From contig NEEC01000019.1 of the NCBI GenBank assembly GCA_002189035.1, positions 1,488,001-1,552,000 of the forward strand: DNA of 64,000 nucleotides, written 5' to 3'. A program made the translations under genes and the position numbers. A model generated the notes under the pieces. It had not been told where the DNA came from. It ran no database searches and worked only from the letters and a program-made list of their open reading frames with translations. The stretch is from Utricularia gibba (Eukaryota; Plantae; Magnoliophyta). This document shows, in pieces, positions 49,145 through 64,000 of the stretch; the first letter of the stretch is position 1; every line of letters starts with the position of its first letter.

Positions 49145-50431
49145 CTAGATCTCTCTAGTGGGAAGGAACTCAAAGAATTGACTCGGCTGTAGCCTCGCTG
49201 TTCTCAGAAGGCTTTCCCCCTCCTCTTTGCCATCAGCCGGGATAAGCACAAGTTTCTTGGTTGGAAAAAGGTCTAGTGTCTGAGTGTCCTTGACTTCCCC
49301 TGAATTGTCTGAACAGCTTTCAAATTCAAACGAGTTTCCATTTTCACAGCCAAAGACTTTTTGTGCAGAGAAGCTTTTGGTGAACATAAAGGAAGACGAC
49401 TCCAAATCCAACGGCCAACTAGGTGCACTGCTTTCCGCTGTCTTAATCAAATCATCCATTGACGCTGGAACTGGATACTGGATTTTCATATCAATAGTCA
49501 AAGCCAGAAGAAGACAAAGGTGAGTAAATATTTGTGCACTTTCCCAATAAATTCTTAATAAACTACAGAAACCATGAAGTGCTGCAGCTTTCCCAGGTCC
49601 TCTTGCAAAACCAAAAAAAAGTGTTGTTTCCAGCTTTCCATTCCTTGCATTAAAGTCATCATCTTTTGGCCTACAGATGATTAGCCTATAATTTTGCCTC
49701 TGTCTTATGTCCTAATCCCCAGTTTTCAAGTCAGATGTCGTGTTCTGTGCGTTGTTGTTAACTCACATCATCATTCACTGTACACTACTCTACTGATCCC
49801 CTGCATTACATGGATAATCACTAAAACCCATTACCCTTTACCCACCAATCCGCACACAGTGCTCAGTGTTCCCTACAGTTTACCTTGAAAGGCAGTGTCC
49901 CCAGTGATTGAGCAAACGATGCTGTGGGAAATTGATGTGATCCTGGAAATAGCACAAAGATGCTGGTCCTTTACAGAGGAAAGGGAGGAATAAGTAGTGC
50001 AAGTGAACAATACATACCCTGGTGGTGAAGCAGAAACTCCAGACGGCGGCGCTTCCGCTGCTTTTCCCTGGCCTTATGGTTCTGAAACCAGTAGAAGACG
50101 TTCTTCCCTTCGATTCTCCCGAATCGACGGAGCTTCCCAACGATGTGGCGGATTTGATCCGCGGACGGAGTCGTGATCCCGTGTCTGTACAGGTCTTCCA
50201 GGAACTGCAGCTGCTCCGGCGTGGGGCTCCATCTTGCAGCCACTAATCCCCACTTCCTCCTACAACCAAAAAGAAAATGTATGGCAAACAAGTGAGCTAT
50301 TTTCACCCTCCTGAAACTTCATCCTATCCATAAGTTAACGCACTCGCAGCGGCAGTGGAGGATCGGCGATGATCCCATCCGCAGGCATCGTGCAAAGCAG
50401 TGGAAGCAGCTTCCTTGTGCCCTCCTCCCAT
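49145..50431 (-). CDS. WOX1-like: WUSCHEL-related homeobox, WOX1/STF/LAM1 clade (5' end uncertain)
   Basis: Homeodomain [26 protein letters not shown]...[23 protein letters not shown]; WUS box TLDLFP; STF-box-like QFFEFLP; upstream RKLLPLL resembles the WOX1 RKLRPL motif. Confidence 0.88.
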
Positions 50432-52416
50432 GGCGACCTGGTATCTGCTGATGCAGGAATACGAACTTGGGGGGTGTGAGAGTTTTTATTGAGAGAATTT
50501 TTGGGACACGGGAGGTAAAAGCGACGTGTCGCTGACGACGCGTGTCCACAGTTTTTCCTTCATACTTGTTCCTGCTTCTACCAATCTGATCTGCCCCCCT
50601 CTGCCCTTCCCACTTCCCGAGGAAAGCTGCTCCATGGCTGACCTGAACATCACATTGACTTTCTTCACCGCCAACCTCCATGACATTACATCCCATGCAC
50701 ACGTGCATTTCTTCTTAATGACCTCATTACCATTAACATTAGTAGGGTATTTGATAGTTTGGGTATAGTAGATACTAATTATATCTATAATACTTACATA
50801 CTCAAATTTATATTCTCGAATATCAAACATTATATACAATTTAATGTATGAATACTCAATTATACTATGATTAAACATTCTAATACCCTATTATAAAACC
50901 ATTTTTATAACACACACCCATGATACGTTAGAACCCCTAGTGGATAAGCATGATGTATGAAAAAGGATTACATTAATACACGTGATTAATGGGCCCATAA
51001 AAGCCCAAGTTCGATTCATCGATTGGTCATTGTTAGGGTTTGTGACATGGAGGTTACTTGTAAGAGAGAACAAAGACGTTTGATTGTTCTTTAGTGGTAC
51101 ATATTTTTTAAATATTATTTTATGAATAAAATATTGTGATTGTAATTTTTGGTTTTGGGCCGACAGAGCAGAGGGGTAGTGGGATGTGGAGAGTGACAAG
51201 TGATGAGGTGGGAATAAATTTATTTTATTTATTATATTATAATATTCGTGGCCTGCGTTGAAATTCCCCGAGCCGTCAATTCTCATATCAACGCCTTGTT
51301 TTGTTCCCATTTTGCCCCTGTTGACTACCTGGCTTTTTCCATATTTATCCTCCTCGCCTCTTTCCCAATCCGTCCAAAAATACGTGTCATATATGTGGGA
51401 CCATGACTAGTGCCCAAGAAAATGGTGTGTTAAAATAAATATCAATTTACATTCTTTTTTATCAAAATTTTATTATACTTATTTGAGCTAGGGTTATATA
51501 AATTTTCACTTGAAAAAACAATAGTCATTGATTATAAGGATTAAATTAAGAACTTATTTATATAAAATATGAATATTAATAAATATGGATAAATTCGAAA
51601 TGAGGGTAATAAATCATAATAAATATTCACGATTTAAATTAGGAGTTCATGCCACGTATGATGAATTGTAATTTGAAGTCCCTGTATTTTTAAGCCATGG
51701 CAAAACAGTCCCTGTAGTTTTAAATTTTCCGAAAAGAACCCAATGGCAGACAGCCCATAAAAACAATCGCTATCCCATTTACCACTACGCGCCGGTCCTT
51801 CGAATCACAAGACGCTTCCAACTTCTCCGCCTGCTCGCGGCCGCGTCTTTCTCTGGACCTTCCGCCGTAAGCCCCGTCATCTTCGCATTCCTCTGCCATC
51901 ACATCTTCTACATTTTTTGCATGAATTACTTGATTTTATTGATAATTTCGGCAACTGAATGTTTAGGGATTGCATTTTATCAGAAGATCCAAACACTTAC
52001 ACAAGAAAGTCAGCGGAGATTTGGGAACAATATGTTGTTTCTGAGACGGGTTATCGATTCTGTACAAGTTGATTAGAATCATATCGCAAAGAGTGTGTAA
52101 CCAGGAGAAAAGATTCATACGGGAAGAGTTTTTTCTTCCGTAATCTTCGGTTGGATTCACCGATTTTTTTTGTACTCGGTTGTTGATCATGTGTAATCTA
52201 ATGAAAATCAAGGAATAATCTCTTTCTTTATTTTGAGTTGATAGTGTAGTGTACTGATAGCTATTGAGATTCTGTAATTCGGGAATTTTTTGAGTTCATT
52301 GACAACATGAACTGAAAATAAGAAAAAAGAAATTTTGTTTACTGGTAGTTCTGCCCCTGTTTATCTTCATCGGCTGGTGTGAGGAGAGTGCAAATTTTGT
52401 TGCGCTCATATTGTTG

Positions 52417-55767
<3,351 letters not shown>

Positions 55768-56761
55768 AAAAATGCAGCAGAAGGGAGAATCTGTTTCTTC
55801 TCGAGTTGAGGGGATGTCGGATGTTTTGTGAATAGTTTGTTGAGCCGGGTGTCTTTTTATGCAACACAAGATGACTTTTATCTTCACTTCATCCCTAATA
55901 GAACCACATTTTATAAACATCTTATTTCTAGAGATACTCGATAAGAATTACTTTTGATTTAAAACGATGAGCTTTCCCAACTCATGAAGAACTTGCAAAA
56001 TGTTGTATGGTGTGTTTGATTTCGTAGGAGGCCTACTAGATGGGTAGACTTAAATGCATTGAAGCCCATCAGAGCCTGGGCCCTTGACCTAGAATTTGGG
56101 GGATGACCGGGCTATAAAATACATAGTGCCTTGTGATCAGGCTCACGGACTAACTGCCATTCCTTGTTGAGCTGTTTAGAAGCGAGCATGCTGAACTGCT
56201 TAGAAGCAGGCCAATTGAGCTGTTAGAAGCGGGATTGTTGCACTGTATGGAAGTGGGCTTCGCTGGGCGGTCTGGAAGTGTGTTTACTGGACTACTTGGA
56301 AACGAACTTGATTGGCTGTTTGGTATCGGCCAAGCATTGCTATTCGGCATAGCAATGAAATGAGATTAGATAGACATTGAGCAGATGTTTTAATCACTGT
56401 AGGCTGTTTAAAGCAAGCCACTATTAGAAAACAAAGCATGCGCTACAAAAAAACCAAAATGTAGTCGGCTTGAAGAATCATCATTGGAGGCAATGCAGCA
56501 AAAGAATACAGCAAGTATATTGGCTTGGCTCAATGTAGAGTCAGCAGCTCCGGGAAAATAGACGTTTTCACGACAACTGAATCGCTCCTTGAAGCTCTGT
56601 AGTTATGCAGTAGAGAACCAGAGGAGCAACAATGGTCAATTTACTTCTGATTACTGGGGACTAAAACACCTGGGAAAAGAAGAATGTACCTTTGGCAAGT
56701 GAATCGTCGGCAGCTTTCTTGTTACTACAAAAAATTCATTGTGAAATGTTTAGATGCTAGT

Positions 56762-60001
<3,240 letters not shown>

Positions 60002-60054
60002 TGAAGATAACCGGCGACGCGAATGCTGAGCACAAGAACCGAGCTCTTTCTCCC

Positions 60055-60170
60055 TTACAAACCCTGAAGTTTAGCCCTGCAGCCTGCAACTAAAACCTAA
60101 AAATGTAACGACACTCCCTTATATGGGCCTCCCTTGGGCATCAACTCCATTGAGCCCTGAAGCCCATATG
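60055..60170 (-). promoter_or_regulatory. Likely LysRS core promoter (telo-box-like and site II-like motifs)
   Basis: AAACCCT at ~60059-60066 and ATGGGCC / AGCCCAT site II-like motifs at ~60123-60170, a combination typical of plant translation-machinery promoters. Confidence 0.45.
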
Positions 60171-60314
60171 ATTTTTTAAAAAATCTTCTAAATTTTTTTA
60201 ATATAATATTCATTTTTTATTAAAAAATTACAATCTTTAAAAATTAAATCGTTTTATACTACAACGATTAACCGACAACCACACTCCTCAAACAATACTC
60301 AACTAATTTTTAAA

Positions 60315-61711
60315 TCAACGGTTAAAATGCATTACACGTGGCGCAAATCTCAGCAGCCTATCTAGCGCGTGTTGCGTGAACTTCCTAGCGAACAAGTGGC
60401 AAACGTTGGTTTCCATACCGTTGTAACGACAACGCGCCGCCGTCCTCAGCCTCTCCAAAAACTCCGGCGTGACGTGCGGCCGCACAAACCTCGACGGGTG
60501 CCGGCCGCCTCTCGACCAATCCACCCAAGTCAACGTCCGGTTCGCGTTTCTGGCCCCAAATTTCATGCTCACGAATGTTGGCAAATAATGCTCATCAGCA
60601 TAACACGGATCTTTACAGTATCTTCTAAACAAGGGGAAGTACACTACATCGGACATGATCTCCACCGCCAGTTCCCGGTCCACCGCGAACCACTGCGACC
60701 CTTTTCGCCAGTCGCTTATTTTGATTATTGGGTTCATTTTGTGATTGTACCTGAATAGTCTCCAAACACTCAGAAGCAATATGGCCATTAAAACTACTCA
60801 CAAAAATCAAAACTGTTTCAAAAACATCATATAAGAATTAGAATTATCTATCGGATTCTTAATTTCAACATAATCTCGAATTCTAAAACGTACCGGCCTC
60901 GGGCTACTCGGCCCGGCTGGTCGTAGGCTTCTATGAAGGTGTGTGTAGAGTTGAGAAGATACGAGTAGATGGTGGAGAAGTTGTAGAGAGGAATGCAGGA
61001 CTCGGAGAGGAGGATGAAGTACTGGTTCGAAGTGTCAACGAGGGCGTTTGCAAGGAGTCTCCTTTCAGCCTCCACCATGTTCACATTTCCCCATTCAACT
61101 TTCTGCAGCCTTCTTAATTCGTCAAGTTATATACACAAAATTTTAGAATATGTTATGATCGTTGATTTAGAAACATCTTCCAACTCTATGGTTGCAATTT
61201 GGCAGCTTCTAGAAGCCCAATCTATATTTATGTGCATTTGTCAGGAATTCAACTTTTGTGTAATTACCTAATATGGGAAAAATCTAAATAGACCAGCACA
61301 CCTGACTGGGAATCCTCCGGCCGAGAAACACCGAGCCGGGAGAATCCGACTCCGGCCCATTAAAAGAAGGATCCGAATGAACGTACAGGGAGAACTGCTC
61401 CTCGTGCCCTTTGAAAAACTTCTCCCACAGCGGCGCCAGAACCACGGCCCTCGAGTCAAAAACATGAACGCCAACTTGGGCTGCTGTCGCGGCGGACCTT
61501 CGCGGAGAAGAAAATCTCCGGTTGCGTTGGAAGGAGTGGAACGAATAAGGGGCGGTGAAATCTCAGGCGGAATAGCGGAGAACCGCCGACGGAAATTGGA
61601 GGGGAAGGCCGTGTAGTGGATGCAGCTGATGATTCCCAAAGCTCCGCCGAACACGAATATGAAGACTCCAGATATGAGCTTTCTTAGAATCGGTGATGGG
61701 AATCTTTTCAT
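60315..61711 (-). CDS. Core-2/I-branching beta-1,6-GlcNAc transferase family (DUF266/BC10-like) (1-nt deletion at 61446-61447)
   Basis: [24 protein letters not shown]; [33 protein letters not shown]; WRKGSQWF; [10 protein letters not shown]; [15 protein letters not shown]; LFARKF. Confidence 0.93.
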
Positions 61712-62641
61712 GGTGGCCGCCGGGTGGAACGGAAGAAAGAATCTGTAAGTGCCCGCGTTATGAAGGAAATGAATTCCGCTTCATCGTTTTGCCAATGGAA
61801 AGGGCACGCAAAGGTAAAAAAGCGTTATTCTTTTTGGTCGTACGTTGAACGCGCTTTCAATCCAGATCAGGAATTGGTGTCACGAACTTAATGACTAGGA
61901 TTAGGGCTGCGCTTGGGTCTGTAGATATACTCTTTTATTTTCCTTTGGTAAACATATAAATCAAACTTCATTTATTTTGCAAATCACATCATCTATTTCA
62001 TAAACTTTTTTCTAAACATAATCTATTTTGCAAAGCAAAATCATAAAGTACATCTAAATAAATCATTTTCAGCTAGGATTAGGGTTGATTTTTCTTTATT
62101 TTCCCTCCTAATTAGGTTTTTGACTTTTAATATGCGCCTGGATCGGTTGATACCCCTCTTGTGGGTGTAGCCCCGTGGGGGCTGCTTTTGATAACCATGC
62201 CCTTAGATTATTTATTCACCTCGAGGTATTACTCTAATCCTTTGTGTTAAATTTAAAGATTGTTTGATATTATAGTATATAAAATTTATATCTAAGTTTA
62301 TACAGAAATTATTATTTAATTAACTAACATATGTATATCAGTTTTACATAATTATATCATTTATATATTCATTTTTTTTGAATATGTGGAATCAAGTATA
62401 TAATTATATTTATATTAATTACGTATTCAAATTTATATTTTCAAATATAAAATATTATATAAAATTAATAATATATATATATATATATCTAATTATAATA
62501 TACTTAAACATACTAATATTTTATCAAACTACCTCTTGCATTCATCTAATTAACTTTGATTATCTTGAATTTTAGTAAAAATATATATGTATTTTATTTA
62601 AAAATAAAATAAACACACAGAATTTTCTAAATACTAGTTAA

Positions 62642-62683
<42 letters not shown>
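62642..62683. repeat. Compound microsatellite (AC)n(AT)n
   Basis: Direct reading of the sequence. Confidence 0.9.
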
Positions 62684-64000
62684 GTACATAAATTTATCTT
62701 TTATATAATTAATACAGAAAAAATACTTTATTACATATAATAATTTAATTTACTTTTTAATAATTATAGATTCAATTTATATGTAAAATATTACAGTAAA
62801 TTAGTATTAAAATAATTTTCATGTGGAGTGCACATTAACAAGTCATAGGCTACGCCATTAAAGCAAACCACTAGGAAATAAAAGAAATGCTAAGGGAGTG
62901 AGGTGGCATGTGGGCGAGTGTGTTCGTGCGTCCGCATCGATTATAAAACAACACTGAACAGTGAGTCTCTTTTAAAAATGAGTGTCATGGTACCATCTCG
63001 CAATATTTTTATAATATTTTTAACGGAATTTAAGTTTTTTATACTTATTTTAAAATATAAAATATGTTGTCAGCAGATTCACGGTGGACAATCGGGATCC
63101 ACCGATCGTCAACGAGAGCAGTGGCAGCGGCAGCGGGCGGGATTGGGACAGGGAATTGTTACTTTCCGAGCGTCTGAATGGATCGGAATGTCCCGTGGTT
63201 AGTCCCAGGCGGCGTTGGAAGATGGGTTTTGCGGGATGAGGTAAAAATTATTGAAATTTATGATGAAATAGGCAAGCATACGTAAAATATAATTATACAA
63301 TAAAAATGGATCATATTAAAAAAATTAAATTTAATCGATTATTAATGATTTATAATTTGTTATATACATAATTATTATATTTTCAAATTTCGATATGAAA
63401 TCATATATTCAATCACTTGCCCTCAAATTGAATTGATTTCTGATTCGATTAAGTAGGTGGATTTAATTTTTGGTCACTTAAGTTTAATACATCTTTTTTG
63501 TTTTTTTTAATTAGATCTCACACCAATTACAAACTCATTTTGGTCATCCAAATCATATTGCAACGCAAACGCTCTAATACTATATTAAAATTTAAGATAT
63601 GATAAATCAAATGAATACACATGAAATCCAAATACATAATATATATAAATTATATTAAAAAAGATAGTATAAATCGATTATTAATGATTTATAATTTATT
63701 ATATACTTATTATTACAATTTTAAATGTATATTTAGTATCATGTGTTGTAACATAAAATGGTGTTGCATCTCCAGACGCATGCGCACAAGATGAAAAAAG
63801 AAACGTTTTTACCCATCTTCAAATACAACCTCCCATCTGTCGCCGCCACCGTCGGCGCACGCCGAACCCCACCACCCGTGGAACTCGAGGACCACTGGAT
63901 GTTGTACGTGTAAGTCTTCGGTAATCGTCCCAACTACTTCACCCACCGCCAAATCGGACCAGCCGCCGTAACCCCAGATGGGGTCACTTCGACCGGCGTC

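Noticed and set aside
56150-56350. ORF-like stretch with GAGCTG(T)TTAGAAGC repeated three times between the PAPS1 and LysRS 3' ends
   Set aside because: No recognisable protein motif in any frame; too short to interpret.
63739-64000. GC-rich window end; the minus frame TYTYNIQW...TDGRLYL faintly resembles a PsbP-domain C-terminus
   Set aside because: An in-frame stop lies just upstream and the similarity is weak; sequence beyond the window is needed.

Overview
Gene-dense eudicot (plant) nuclear DNA with short spliceosomal introns; no prokaryotic features, rRNA/tRNA or CRISPR were seen. It holds about 20 recognisable genes in this order: IQD13/14-like 3' exon, PDLP, UEV1, NUP155, class I sHSP, ASD, BPA1-like RRM, SDS cyclin, VIT1, annexin D5, alpha-galactosidase, RING-CH, RPI, NHL/SMP-30-like, phytanoyl-CoA dioxygenase, WOX1-like, PAPS1-like, lysyl-tRNA synthetase and a core-2/DUF266 glycosyltransferase. 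Two regions are unusual. (1) 968-6074 is a non-coding foldback-type DNA transposon with short TIRs and a near-perfect 9-bp TSD. It is filled by a ~4.7-kb GC-rich 23-bp tandem array whose orientation flips at ~1450. (2) 25259-37238 is a complex duplication in which an inverted copy of a RING-H2/annexin segment sits between two direct copies of an SDS/anthranilate-synthase-beta segment. It produced two copies of an intronless RING-H2 E3 gene carrying seven PAM2-like motifs; the two CDSs are base-for-base identical while their flanks have diverged. Two decayed pseudogenes (a TM-RING E3 and anthranilate synthase beta) are absent from the ORF track. Eight otherwise intact genes/exons carry single-base deletions in short homopolymers, most likely assembly errors. 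Exon boundaries were read by eye; protein identifications and Arabidopsis comparisons come from recalled motifs, not database searches.
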